Source: Haliotis cracherodii (taxonomy: Eukaryota). Taken from it: a stretch of DNA of 64,000 nucleotides. Below, one piece after another: positions 24,501-39,500 of this stretch. The stretch is taken from the NCBI RefSeq assembly GCF_022045235.1, contig NW_027266264.1:64666001-64730000 (forward strand). The letters run 5' to 3'. Below the pieces are notes generated by a model that made no database searches, was not told the DNA's origin, and saw only the letters and a program-made list of their open reading frames with translations. Position 1 is the first letter of the stretch, and each line of letters begins with the position of its first letter. The position numbers and the translations under genes were made by a program.

Positions 24501-27500
24501 TTCAGTAGTTTCTGAGACGCAGAATGCACGAAGTAAAAAAGAACAGAGCAAGGGCCAAACTAGGTAAAAAATGAATTTAAGACACCAACTATCAAACTCA
24601 TTTAACATCATGACCAGTAATATCAATGTGTAAAGTTTCACTTCTCTAACTTGAATATTTTTTTAGACACTTTGTCCCCTTTGAGAATGGACAAACTCCA
24701 TTCCTATATCCTCTGCTACACTTCAAGGTGGGGGATAAAAATGCACCTTGCAGAACCATTCCTCACTGCACCTACCTTCCACTATATTTTTTTATTTCTG
24801 AGTACTTCTTCTTGTAGAAGAAACGACAAAAAAACCTTATCAAATTGGATATAAAACCAAATTTGTTAAAAACAATATGATGACAACAACTGTGATGAGG
24901 AGAATATGGGATGTACAAATTACCACCATGAAGTTGAACAGAAGTTGTCTTTTGTCCATACACTTTAAACAAGAACTTCCTAAACTTCAGACAAAACTAC
25001 ATTTTCTTTTACATGAAAATATGCCAGTGATTGCTAATCAATAGAATTTCTGTGCTCAATTCCACTTGTACAACAAACAAAGGAAGAGGTTGCCACAGTG
25101 GAAAGATAAGCATGTGATAAGAGCTCTCTTCAACTGGAAATGTCAAATATTTAAGTTACGCCTAACCAATACATTACACATTATTTCAAGTCCCAAACAA
25201 TTGTTAAAAGTAACAACTCCAATTCTAATACATATGACCAAATCTTCGGATCTTGAGGGCCAATAATATGGGAGTTTTTCACACCATGTCCTTTAACTTT
25301 TCATACTAAAACATATTATGACCTAATTACAGCATAACGCTACTCCACATCAGCTGACTGGACAGGTGGAACTTGGCTCTCACCAGTCATAATATAACTG
25401 ACCCAACCAGCCCATGAAGGGTTCTCAAACAGTCATAAATAATTGTGTCAACAAAACCAAGATGGGAAGAAAGCATATTTACTGATACTGGTGATATCAA
25501 GTGGGCCACGCTGTATTATTAGTCAGCATTGAACAAGTGGACCACTTGCTGTCTGTCATATTCTGTTTTATGCTCCATCTGGGTCCTATGACACACAAAC
25601 CTTAAGCCACTTCTGACTTTAACACTTTTGAGGCCCCAGAAAACTGCAATGACTCGGCTGATTCAGTGTGCAATATATAGCAATCCAAAGCCAAATTATC
25701 ACAAAACCGCTACCAAACTTTTGATTCTCAACATACACCCCTTAATGAACTGTTTGATTGGCATTTGAAGAAGGTGGTAAGTAGCAGTAAAGACTTTATG
25801 GATGACAACTTCTTTATTCCATTAGACCCCTAAATGGCTGTATGACATGGTGCACAGCGATAGAAACTCACAGTTTTAGTCCACTAGTCCTTATAAAGAA
25901 AACATATAGCTAACACTTAAAAAGGGCATATTTCTACCAATTATTGAGCAGTTTGGCAACGACTACAGGACTAGTGCCAATTTCTAATGCTGCTGCACCA
26001 AGGTAAATGGCTTCAGCTTGAGCAGGTGCTTCCTGCCTAGGTGGTGGGTGTTGATGGGTTAACTCTCCTCCTGACCTAGCCACGTGAACAGTGAGGAGAC
26101 CACTCACGCCAGCTGTCTTTCACCTGCCAGTCCTCACGATGTTGCTCCATACAGACATAACGCTCGGAGACAGTCAAATCTCTAGCTGTGAGTACAAGTA
26201 GTCGCTTACATAACTCACACAGCTTGTATGCTGTATGTTCTCACTGAGCAGAGATCTGTGTTTCGTGTTAATGTGTATATCCAGGAGGATTATGAACCAG
26301 AGAGACGTTTGTGATCATCTTGATGTCTTGGATCATGTCCATACACATCTCGATACTGGGTAAAATCGGTGCCACCATTTCCACCATCCAATCATAAACG
26401 TGAGCTATCGTGTCAACCCAACAATGGCAGGGAACTCAACGCAAGAAATGACAACAATAATGTTTGATGTCGACATGACGGAGAACGGTACAAACTCAAC
26501 TCTCAATGGCACAGATGGAGGTATTCGTCCACCAATGCCATCCTTTGATCTGGAAACTATTCTCAACTCGTATGTAGAGTACCGATGGTCGAGATACCTC
26601 GGTATCTACTGTTACCCTATTCTTGTTGTGCTTGGAACTATAGGCAATGTGCTAAGTTTTATTGTGATGACTAGGAAAACGATGCTGAGATCGTCCACCT
26701 GCTACTACATGGCCGTGTTGGCAGTTGCCGATACTATGGTTCTGTATTTCGGTTGTCTCCGGAAGTGGTTCGCTTACCTCACTGGATGGGATGCTCTCAT
26801 ACTGAGTCCAGCGGCTTGCAAAATATTCAACTTTCTCACGTACTGGAGTTTTGACTTTGCAGCTTGGATACTGGTTGCCATGACAGTGGAACGCTACATT
26901 GCCATACACTTTCCATTCACTGTCACTAAACATGCAACTATTCCCCGAGCTAAAGTTGTGTCCATTTTTCTTGGAGTGATTTTCGTGGGGATCAACGCTC
27001 ACTTCTTTGCAACAGTGACCATCAGTGATAGGGGATACTGCAGCTCTCAGGAAGAGTACATCCGATTCAATGATTATGTGTTTCCATGGATAGATGCAGC
27101 CTTGTATTCCTTCATTCCCTTCATCGTTCTGCTTGTGTTCAACATCCTTATCATCCTCGACAGCAGGAAAGCCATTAAGCGACAACAAACTCTTCAAGCA
27201 TCATCACTGAATAACACAAATACCTTTACCATCCGTTCAAACTCACGTCTAACGGTGATGCTTCTGTCAGTGTCCTTGACCTTCCTTGTGGCCTCTGCAC
27301 CGAAAGCTGCTCTAATTATCATAAAGCCATACACTTTCGACTTCTACGATGGGCCTTTGGTTGACTTCCATCTACTATCGAAGTACACGCTGACGGCTTC
27401 GGTGATGAACTTCTTAACGTATGGCAACCATGCCATAAACTTCTTACTGTACTGCATCAATGGACAGAAGTTCCGCAGCGAGTTGAAACGACTCATATAT

Positions 27501-30500
27501 GTGTGCACTCACAGGAAACAACGAAGAAGAATAGCCTCACTGCAGATTGAGATGGGGGATGGTGTCAGAAGGAACTCGACTTGCACTGACTTGGTCATGA
27601 AGTCAATGCCTGACTTCGTCACAACCATTAGGGATCCTCAAGTCAGTGAACCATAAAGTTAAACACATGGGACATAAAAGGGGATCAAGTGTGAAATCAG
27701 CTTCACTAGAAACACTCATAAAATCTCCAATATGATCAAGGTGACAAATATTTGTTCAACCTAACTGGATGACAACAAATGTGACCAAAAGGTGATCAGG
27801 TGCAAAAAATCAGACTCACTAGAAGCACTCACAAACTCAATATGATCAAGGTGACAAATATTCTCCACCCAACCGTTACACTGGATCATAACACAAGGAT
27901 ACAGACATGTGATGAAAAGGTGATCAAGTGCAAAATAAGGTTCACCTGAAACATTCATAAAATCTCCAACATCATCAAGGTGACATTTGCCAAGGACACC
28001 ACCGAACTCAGAACTACTTTACTGTGGTGAGACAATGTAATGTGGGTTACAGCACCAGAGCAGTAAGATTACTGTGGAATGAGAACTTGATCCTGTTTGT
28101 TTGTTGTTTAACACCGCCCTCAGCAATATTCAAGCTATATGACGGTGGTCTGTAAATAATCGAGTCTGGACAGACAATCCAGTGATTGTTAACATGAGCA
28201 TCGATCCACGCAATTGGGATACGATGACATGCATCAGCTAAGTCAGCGAGCCTGACTACCTGATCCTGTTAGTCGCCTCTTATGACAAGCATAGTCGCCT
28301 TTGTCCCATGGGTTGCTGAAGACCTATTCTAACCCGGATCTTCATGGGTCCCTCGATCCTGACAGAGACTTGTTACATAAAGCCTGATTCATGTTGGTTT
28401 TTTTTCCACAAAATATATTCAGCAAAGTGTTACTGTTAAGAAGGGTCAGGACACAGTACAAAGATATCAATGAACTTATTTTCTACTCCTGTATCATGGA
28501 CAAACCAGATGAACAAAGACAGATGATCACACTGCAGTGACTGAAAATGGCACAGTCATCGCCCTACTGTTCACACTGCTATCAAGGCATCTACATCAAA
28601 GCAATGACTTTTACCAGAATAAACGTAAGATTCATGACACATACTTTGAGTTGTTTCCTTGATATTGACAAAGTATTTCATACTGTCATACATCTGATAT
28701 ATGTCTTGATCTGAGATTATGTATATACTGAACAAAAGAATTTAGGGATCAAACATTTTGGGGATTATTTTTTGTAGTGAAGACTGAGCACACAATTTCA
28801 TAAAAATATTCATTCTTTTGTTCAGAATATATGTAATCTCGGTATTTAGCATATATCAAAAACTGTTGTCACTTTACTGTACATTCAAGATATCAAAATC
28901 TTTGTGAGCTCTTTTTATTTTATCAAGTTTTTCTGCGATAAATTTTGTCTATAATCTATGAGTAAATAAACATGTTGGTTTACATCTCATGTTGGTCAGA
29001 ACAATTGTAATGCGAATCAGACAAAAAGCACATCTAAAAGTGTAAGCAGTGAAAAATAAGAAGAAATTAAAAGAAATTCCAGTCACATAAATATCTACTT
29101 AACAAAAGAATGTTGTGTTTATGAAGACATACCACTGATCCAATCTGTTGATGAGCAGATGGCAAAATTTCCTTCTTGTAATTCTGATGATAAATTGATT
29201 TAGTACTATTAAAGCTTCAAGGAAGCCTTCTGATACTCACCTCGACAGCTGAGAGTCCATCCTTCCCTACGTTGTACATGAGTGTGAGGAACTCCTCGTA
29301 TACCTGCAGGTTCCCACTCAGACCATCACGAACCCTGTCCAGGTACGCCTGGGCGAACGCCGTGTCCTTCTCGTCTTTCTATACATGAGGAATATGTTCA
29401 TTTTGTATTTAGTGATGAAACAATGAATTCTTTGAAAAATAACTCATTTGAGTATACAATCAATATCTCACTCAAGAATAAAACTGGAAATACTTTAAGC
29501 CTGCCTGAAAGACACTATGGTTGTATTTCTGGTCAAATGACATGATTATCTCAATTTGGGACCTGACAAGATGAGAAAAACATGTTTTTTGACAAGGAAA
29601 GACAAATATCCTGAGTATTTTGATTAGCAATAATTCAGGAATATTTTAGAATACCGTCAGATCAGACAGAAGTTGTGCTGGAGTTATCTCAAAATACCAG
29701 AGTATGTGATCAGGACAAAAAGGCTGAGAGGTTTTCTCTACATCTATATCGCCTATCACCTCTATCAACAGATGCAGGTTGTCGGCCATTATAACTCAGG
29801 TGGAAAGAACAAGGATATGGTGGTGACAAAGGTTCATATTTGTGGCAAATTGGGATTCAAACCACAGATCAGCGCATCCTGGCATCGATAAAACTGTCAG
29901 TGACATTGCTTGAAACAAATATCATCGGCACATTTTCATGACTTTAGCTTCTATACCATGATTTCCATGAGTAATTCTCTTACCTCGCACATGGATGTCA
30001 GATTCTGATTGACTTGAGACCCATTATATTATTTTCGATGCATGTTAGGTACATTTCTTGTTTCCCACTCGAACTGCCGAAATGTTGGCATGACATTTGC
30101 AACATGCCAACCACAATTTTGTATCTTGAATTAATGATGTAAGACACCATTCTTTGGATATTTACCATATTTTCTTAACGAAAAAGACCTAGGGAAATTC
30201 TGTGGTAACTGGTATTCTTACTGAATTGTTCCTAAGCATGCACACCGGTACATAAGACACACCCCCTAACATAATGAGGTTTGTGGCAAGTTAAATTTGT
30301 TGTCCACCGGTCTCTCAGGTGACATGGGTTGATGAAGCTTCTCTGTTTATGTATGTTTCCCTCGCCCTTCGTGCTCAAGGGAAATATTCTAACATAGAGG
30401 GTATCGGAGTACATAATCAAACATACAGGGGTATCAGGGAACATAATCTAACATAGAGGGTATCGGGGAACATGAACTAACATAGAGGGTATCGGGGAAC

Positions 30501-33500
30501 ATGAACTAACATAGCGGGTATCGGAGTACATACTCAAACATAGAGGGTATCGGGGAACATGAACTAACACAGGGGGTATCAGGGAACATAATCTAACATA
30601 GAGGGTATCGGTGAACATGAACTAACATAGAGGGTATCGGGGAACATGAACTAACATAGAGGATATCAGGGAACATAAACTAACATAGAGGGTATCGGGG
30701 AACATGATCTAACATAGAGGGTATCGGGGAACATGAACTAACACAGGGGGTATCAGGGAACATAAACTAACATAGAGGGTATCAGGGAACATGAACTAAC
30801 ATACAGGGTATCGGGGAACATGAACTAACATAGAGGGTATCAGGGAACATGAACTAACATAGAGGGTATCAGGGAACATGAACTAACATAGAGGGTATCA
30901 TGGAACATGAACTTACATAGAGGGTATCGGGGAACATGAACTAACATAGAGGGTATCAGGGAACATGAACTAACATAGAGGGTATCGGGGAACATGAACT
31001 AACATAGAGGGTATCAGGGAACATGAACTAACATAGAGGGTATCGGGGAACATGAACTAACATAGAGGGTATCATGGAACATAAACTAACATAGAGGGTA
31101 TCGGGGAACATGAACTAACATAGAGGGGAACAGGGAACATGAACTAACATAGAGGGTATCGGGGAACATAAACTAACATAGAGGGTATCAGGGAATATAA
31201 ACTAACATAGAGGGTATCGGGGAACATGAACTAACATAGAGGGTATCGGGGAACATAAACTAACATAGAGGGTATCAGGGAATATAAACTAACATAGAGG
31301 GTATCAGGGAACATGAACTAACATAGAGGGTATCGGGGAACATGAACTAACATAGAGGGTATCAGGGAACATGAACTAACATAGAGGGTATCAGGGAACA
31401 TGAACTAACATAGAGGGTATCGGGGAACATGAACTAACATAGAGGGTATCAGGGAACATAAACTAACATAGAGGGTATCAGGGAACATAAACTAACATAG
31501 AGGGTATCAGGGAACATGAACTAACATAGAGGGTATCAGGGAACATGAACTAACATAGAGGGTATCAGGGAATATAAACTAACATAGAGGGTATCAGGGA
31601 ACATAAACTAACATAGAGGGTATCGGGGAACATGAACTAACATAGAGGGTATCGGGGAACATGAACTAACATAGAGGGTATCAGGGAACATGAACTAACA
31701 TAGAGGGTATCAGGGAACATGAACTAACATAGAGGGTATCGGGGAACATGAACTAACATAGAGGGTATCAGGGAACATAAACTAACATAGAGGGTATCAG
31801 GGAACATAAACTAACATAGAGGGTATCGGGGAACATGAACTAACATAGAGGGTATCAGGGAACATGAACTAACATAGAGGGTATCGGGGAACATGAACTA
31901 ACATAGAGGGTATCAGGGAACATAAACTAACATAGAGGGTATCAGGGAACATGAACTAACATAGAGGGTATCAGGGAACATGAACTAACATAGAGGGTAT
32001 CAGGGAACATGAACTAACATAGAGGGTATCAGGGAATATAAACTAACATAGAGGGTATCAGGGAACATAAACTAACATAGAGTGTACTTCAACCTATGTC
32101 CCCCTCGAAACCAGTGGACAGCTAATAACGTTAGCGAGCAAATGCATTGTAACCATGGCAACACTAACCCTTGGATCCATCTCCAAGAGATCTGGCGCCA
32201 ACATGGCCAGCGTTTGTTCCTTCTTCTTCTTGCTCTTGCTCCTCTCTCGGTTTTTCTTGTGGTCAAACCTAAACAACACAAAATGTGTGGAATTCCATTA
32301 GAAAATGTTTACATAATAAATTAATGTTGAAATGGATGAAGAATCTTTGACTGGTTAATCTATAACTCAGCAGTGACTGTTAACATGGAGCCCATCTCTC
32401 TAAACTATACTTTGTACAAATGGCAACAGACAACCAGTCTGAAAAGACCCAAGGGAAACAACTCTAGATACAAACTTAACATGGAGAATGAAATCAGCCC
32501 ATCTCAAATAATTTATACGATGAATACATGGCATATGAAGAGGTCACGCTGATCACACAACAACCTGAAAGACCCAAGGGAAACAACTCTAGATACAAAC
32601 TGTGAGCTGAGAATCATATGAAAATTAAGGTAATTTACTTTCTTAAAGTTTCTGATGTCAACTTCCTTAGTTATCATGGTTATGGCTCTAATTTCAGAGT
32701 AATTCCACTAAAACTGAGGCGTCTGCTTAAGCCACATGCACTATAACCTTCAGCACGTTTAGTGAGCACTCATAAACATATTTTAAAGATGTCAGCATGA
32801 TAAGTATTCCATACAAACAAAACATTATTCCCCAATTATGATATCCAAGAAGTCTGCTAACGGTCCTATCGTCACTGTGAAGGAGTTCAGTGAGTGAATG
32901 AACGGCTTTAAGTCAATTTCAGAAACACTCCACTTGACATGGCCCTTTTTAGATATCAGCACAACAAGCTTGTTTGTTTGTTGTTTAACACCACACTCAG
33001 CAATATTCCAGCTATATGACGGTGTTCTGTAAATAATCAAGTCTGGACCAGACAATCCAGTGATTGATATCATGAGCATCAATCCAAGCAATTGGGATAG
33101 GATGACATGCATCAGTCAACGAGCCTGACCACCCGATCCTGTTAGTGGCCACTTGCGACAAGCATAGTCACCTTCTACAGCAAGCATGGGTTGCTGAAGA
33201 CCTTTTTTAAACCTGGATCTTCAAGGGCGCATGATAAGTGAATGACTTTACAATTGACCTGACCCTAACCTCAACAGAAAATTATCATATGCAAAACCAT
33301 GTTAACAGTGCGGGTGACGCAACAATGTCACAGCTAGGTTTTAGATTTCAGTTCAGTATCAAAATAATGGAGCAACTCCCATACCACTTGTCCCCTTGTA
33401 CATATACCAGCTTGTTTTGCTTAAACTCTCCACACAAATAATTATTATATAATTAAATATATATTTAGCAAGTTTAGACTAACGATGTGGTTTTGTGTTT

Positions 33501-36500
33501 TTGTTTGTTGTTTAATGCTGCACTCAGCAATATTCCAGCTATATGCCAGCTGTCTGAAAATAATCAAATTTGGGCCAGATAATCCAGTGATTGACATCAT
33601 GAGCATCAATCCTTGCAATAGGAATATGATGACATATATCAACCAAGTCAGCAAGCCTGACCACCCGATCCCGTAAGTCGCCTCTTACGACAAGCAGAGT
33701 CATCATTTACGACAAGAATTGGTTGCTGAAGACTTATTCTACCCCAGATTTTCACAGGTGCAAACCTCCTCTGAAATTATGAAAATGAGAAAGACCTATA
33801 AATATTGACAATCCATGCCTACCTGAGTGTAGTGCTAGCTGTCATCAGCATATCAAGATGGTTCTTATCTGCCGTCTGTCCGTCCTCCGCCTCGTCCTCA
33901 TTCTGGCTGTCTTCCTGTGACAACACTGCATCCTCCATCTCGCTCTGACCACCATCACTCTCTTCCTGCTTCCCATCAACATCAGACATTTTCCGTTTAG
34001 GGCCTATCCTCAGTCTAGGACTATCCTCTGATCGTCTGCCTTCGTCTGTTTCGGATAAATCATCACTCTCACTGTTGGAACGTTTCAGGGAGTTATGCAG
34101 CAGCTTGCGCACTGGAGTCGCCTGCTTTCGTTTAGACCGCCCGATATTTGATAAAGATTTGCCGAGAGGGCAAAGCTGCAGTCTCTGAATCCTTTGGAGG
34201 TCAGTCTGAGGGAGAAGTTTACAGGGGCTAGTTCTCTGACAAATCATCTGAGCTCGTTTCCGTAAGCTCCTAGCTGCCCTCTTTGTCGGTGACTCTTTGG
34301 TATCCAACACAAATGCTTTTGGTAGAATTGTCCTGTTTCCCACCACAACTCTCTTATTCTTGGGACTTTTTGAGACTATCTTTGGGAGGAAAGGAGAAAC
34401 TGGCATGGGTAGGTCACCCTCAGGCTCATTCAGCTTACATGGTGGTTTTGGTTTCAGTTCACGGAAGCCTGTTTCCGACTGCCTCTTTGGTGGAGTCCTT
34501 TCTAAGCAACTCTGTTGAGCAGTCTTGGAGGTAGATGCAGGAGAGTAGTAGGGGCAGAAGGCTGCAATGATCTCTAATGGGGTCACATTGGGCGTACTGG
34601 CGAAGGAGGGGGAACCTCTAGGTGAGAGCTCATCTACAGCTGGACCAGATGCTTTGGTAGTGTTGCCATGGTTACTTGCATCTCCAGACATGCCCATAAC
34701 AACTTCTTGTTTCTGTTCTGAGCTTGTTTCAAGCTCTTCTGAACTAGTTGTTACAGGCTCCTTAGAATCTTTGTCACCAACTGAAGTTTGATCCGAGCTG
34801 CTGATGGATTGGTCCATTTTCTCGGAACCTGATGTGATCTCAAACACCTGGTCTGGCACAACCCCATGAATACTGACAGCACTTGATACTACTGGTGCCC
34901 TGTCCTCACCTGAATGAGCTGGAGCATCTGCAACACCGACTTCCTGGACTTGTCCAACACTGACTTCCTCGACATCTGCAACACTGACTTCCTTGACGTC
35001 TGAAACACTCACTTCCTTGACGTCAGCACCACTGATTTCCTTGACGTCTGCAACACTCACTTTCTTGACGTCTGCAACACCGACTTCCTCGGCGTCAGCA
35101 CCTCTCACTTTCTTGACGTCAGCACCACTGACTTCCTTGACATCTGCAACACTCACTTCCTTGACGTCTGAAACTCTCACTTCATTGACACCTGCAACAC
35201 TGACTTTCTTGACCTCTGAAACACTCACTTCCTTGACGTCTGCAACACTCACTTCCTTGACGTCTGCACCACTCACTTCCTTGACGTCTGCACCACTCAC
35301 TTCCTTGACATCTGCAACACTCACTTGCTTGACGTCTGCATCACTCACTTCCTTGACGTCTGCACCACTCACTTCCTTGACGTCTGCATCACTCACTTCC
35401 TTGACGTCTGCACCACTCACTTCCTTGACGTCTGCAACACTCACTTCCTTGACGTCTACAACACTCACTTGCTTGACGTCTGCACCACTCACTTCCTTGA
35501 CGTCTGCATCACTCACTTCCTTGACGTCTGCAACACTCACTTCCTTGACGTCTGCAACACTCACTTCCTTGACGTCTGCAACACTCACTTCACAGATATC
35601 TCCTTCACTAAGCTGAGGCTGGGTACTGTCAACAATCACAGCAGAAGCTATGGAAGTATTGACGTCTGCTTCATTCTGCTTCTCAGATATCACTGCACTA
35701 GCAGCAACCTCCAAACTCAAGTTCACAACACTTTCCCTCTGTGATTCCTTCATGCTTGTGGCCACAGCTTGACTAGCTGGATGTGATATGTCATTCGATA
35801 AGGATGCTTCAACAAGAGAACCCTCTGCCAAGGCATCAAACGAGTCTGAAACATCTTGTGTGTGATCTGTAGTATCATCAGACTCGAGCTGCTGGGCGCC
35901 ATGTTCAGCTTCATCAACCGCTGTTCCTGACAAGCTTGGCTGCACAACAGCATTATTTTGAATATTGTCGGAGACCACAGTGTTATCATGGCCTGAATTT
36001 AACCCTGGATCTTCTGGAAGGTTTCTGAGAGTTACTTGAGTATTATCATCCACATCCATCTCCACATCTGTGGGACATGTTACATCACAATTTTCAGCAA
36101 CGCCCGACTCCATAGCTGCTGGAGATGTTACATGGGGATTGTTAGTCATGTCAGACACTGTACCTGCCGGACATTTTACCAGAGGATTATCAGTATCATC
36201 AAACTCCATAACTGTCGGAAACGTCTGGCTTCTGACTTTATTAATGTTCAACAAGTTCAAATGGCTCATTTCAGAAGCCATTTTTCTTGTGGCGTCAGCT
36301 ATGTGTCCTTTGCTAACACCACAAGCGCTGCTGCTAGTCTCTACTTGACAATGATCAGCCCCCTCAACCGACTGTGTGTTCACTGTATCCACAGCATCAG
36401 TGTTACATTCAAAGAACATCCCTTCATCAACCAAAACACTTTCATGTGCAGCAGATGTTAATGAAGGACTTCCAGATTCATGCACCTCAGTCTGTTCACA

Positions 36501-39500
36501 AACATCCCTACTCACCACCTCAACCGACTCCGTCACATCAACTGCTCGACCCTGGTTTGACACAGATGTCTGCTCGAGATCAGAGGTCGGTTCCTGGTAG
36601 TGACCTCTGTCTTGTCCTTTTGAGCCCTCAACAGCAGCAGTCCCTGTGTCCGGGCCACAGAAGAGCTGAACTGGCTTCCCAGGAATAGCTATCAGAGACG
36701 ATAAAATCTGAGGGGATTCCCCTGGTTTGGTACCAGGAATCACTCGAATGGACCCACGCAGGGAATTAAAATCGGAAGAAATACTTGTAGGGAGAGATAG
36801 TTTCGGGTTAGGAAATGTTGAGGATGGTGTGGATGGTGTTGATACTGAGGTACCTTGGGGCACTATCTTGAAGGGGATGAAGATGCCTTCTGGTGTGATG
36901 ATAGGTTTGCCAACTGGCGTCTTTGGTGGGAAGTCATACGTCAGACGAGGGTAAGTGTCTTCTACACAGCGTCTGAAAGGGTGGTTCTGAATTTGTACAT
37001 GCAGGTCCATTGTTATATTCAGTGTAATTTAAAAGGTTTGGCATATTATGATTGTTCTCAAGAATTGTTTGCAATCATTAATGTATCAGGGATTTGACAT
37101 AGGTTCAACTGATCAACCGAGATTTATAACATTCGTTATTCGCCAAGGCCTTCATGTACTCGGCACACTTGTGGTGAGTCTCACAATGAAACAAGTAGCC
37201 TAAACATCATGTTTGTTTACTTTAGAATAGAGGCCTCTTTTTTTAACAACTTTGTTTATAAAACCATTGGTAAACACGATAATCAATTTTAAAAAAATAC
37301 TTTCTCAAAATGATCCAATGAAACAATTTTTTTCTATTTATTGAAAAAGTATCCAGACAAGACAGAAGACATTTGCGATATTTTCTTTATCTGTAACCAA
37401 AGCAATTTGTAATCAAGCGCCTTACCTCTTTGCACCACTGTCTCCGTCCTCATTATCAGCGGGTGAAACTGGTGCCGATCGGTGCTTCTTCCTTGGAGAC
37501 CATGTGACATCCACCTGACAGACACAACACTCTCAGGTTACTTCCCTCACAACCGAGTAGAACGCCATGACGTATTTTGGAGCACTGAACCATGGTAACA
37601 TAGATGTAGCCACAAGGGCACATCCTTACAGACTTGTAAAAAGTATTATCTGAAACCATTTACCTCGAGTTGATTGTTAATGTCCGCTAAGTCCAATGGA
37701 GCACTCAGACTTGACGATCTCTTCCTCTCACTGCTCTTCTTCTCTTGCTTCTTCTTCTCCTTGACAGCAAGGGCTGTCTCTTTGGCCCGTTTTTTCTACA
37801 ATACATAGGACTTCATCTTAAAGAGAGACATCCGAGTGTCATAAATTCTTTTAATTTAAGGATGAAACAAAGGGGAAAAAAATATTTTCTGATCACTGTG
37901 TAAAAACAAAGTTAACATGTTAAATTCTACCATAAAAACAGATTCATGACAGCAACGGTAGCATATTTTGTGTAAAACAGGTGTATATGCCAACACTTAA
38001 GTTGACTTAGAAATAATAACAGGCTGTAGATAAGCCCAAACCTTGGCCCAGATAGGCAGAACACTGTCGTCCTGGTCTTGTAAAGCCACCATTTGGTCTG
38101 GGGAGAAGGCTTCCACAACCAGCGTCTTTGCCATCATGTTTTTATTTTGCCGGAAATACTGTAGGGAGAAAGAATTTAAAACTACAAAAAACAAAGCACA
38201 TGTGAATATCTTCTATATAGTGTCTGGCATCATATGCAATGACAATCATTTTTGCATGCAGGAGTAAGCTCCTTCCCAGCGCGTGACACCTTCGTTACAC
38301 TCTTGGTAACATCGCTGCCACGAGTGTGTGCGTGGCCATTACAAGAATCTTGAAATTTGCCCTCTAACCCCAAATGTAGTAATGTTCATACTTTTGTTTA
38401 TGTCTTTGGGAATGCCATCATAGTGAATTTTGAAAAGGTTTACGACTGACAATGTTTTCCAGATGAATTTACTTTGTTGTTTGTATAATCAGATTGGTTC
38501 GAGATTGCTGGCTAATGGAATATCAACCAACTTCTCCCTTACATTCTTACTATATCAATAACACAATAGTTTTAATGAAATAGAAATTCAAATTGACAAA
38601 CAAAGAAAGTAATTAAGCAGGGGTAAGTGTAATCGCGTCACGACAGCCGTCACTTGTTTGTAAACATAACGGTCCTTCGCTTGCGAGTTCAACTCCAAGC
38701 ACAGTTGGGGCCACCTATCACAGTGGGGAGTTTTGACTGGTGGCAGCGATAGTATAGAGAGCTCCGCAAACGGGCTATCGATGCAAGGAGTTTGGCGGGT
38801 AATGACAAGGGGAGACAACTCTACCTTGATAGGATTGTCTGGAGACCTCTGGCTGGACATATTCTTGATTCTGAGGTTGATCTGCTTGATGGTTTTGGCT
38901 GGTAGCAGGTACTTCTGAAGGAGACTGCGAGGGTTTTTCAGATGCTGGAACTGCTCGAGACCCAGGGCTATCAAGCTGGGGAGGCAGAAAGATAATCTGA
39001 TCAACCAATTCCCGTTTACAATGAATACAAGAATCTTAATTTAGAAACTGGTCTTACTCGTACTCACCAAAAGTAAATATATCACTATGACTAGTAGGAA
39101 GAACTTAATCTTGAAGGTGTGTCCAATAATACACATTATTATTATGCCGTCACTACATAGTCAAGAGAGTGAATGAAAGACTTGGGTTTAACATTGCTTT
39201 AGACAGTATACAGCATGTCACCTCAATGTGGTGAAACCATAGAGTTTAGATGTGATGCTACCAGACAAAGGGAACTAGGAGATCCTGGCATGGGAAGGAA
39301 GCAACTCTAAGAATAAGTTAGGTTTTTAACCATCAAAGTGCAAAACCATGGCCATCAAGTGTTATACAAAGTAAACTTATGAACAAAAATGCATACTTGT
39401 CCTCCCCGGTAGTGAAAGTAAGCCGGCTGTCTCTGGCTTCCTCTTGTGACAATAACCGTCGACACGGCAGCAACTGTGGGTAGAGGAACACCGGACTGGA

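Noticed and set aside
34993-35744. TSLTSAPL and HFLDVC repeat ORFs on the plus strand
   Set aside because: Antisense frames of the GON4L coding VNTR.
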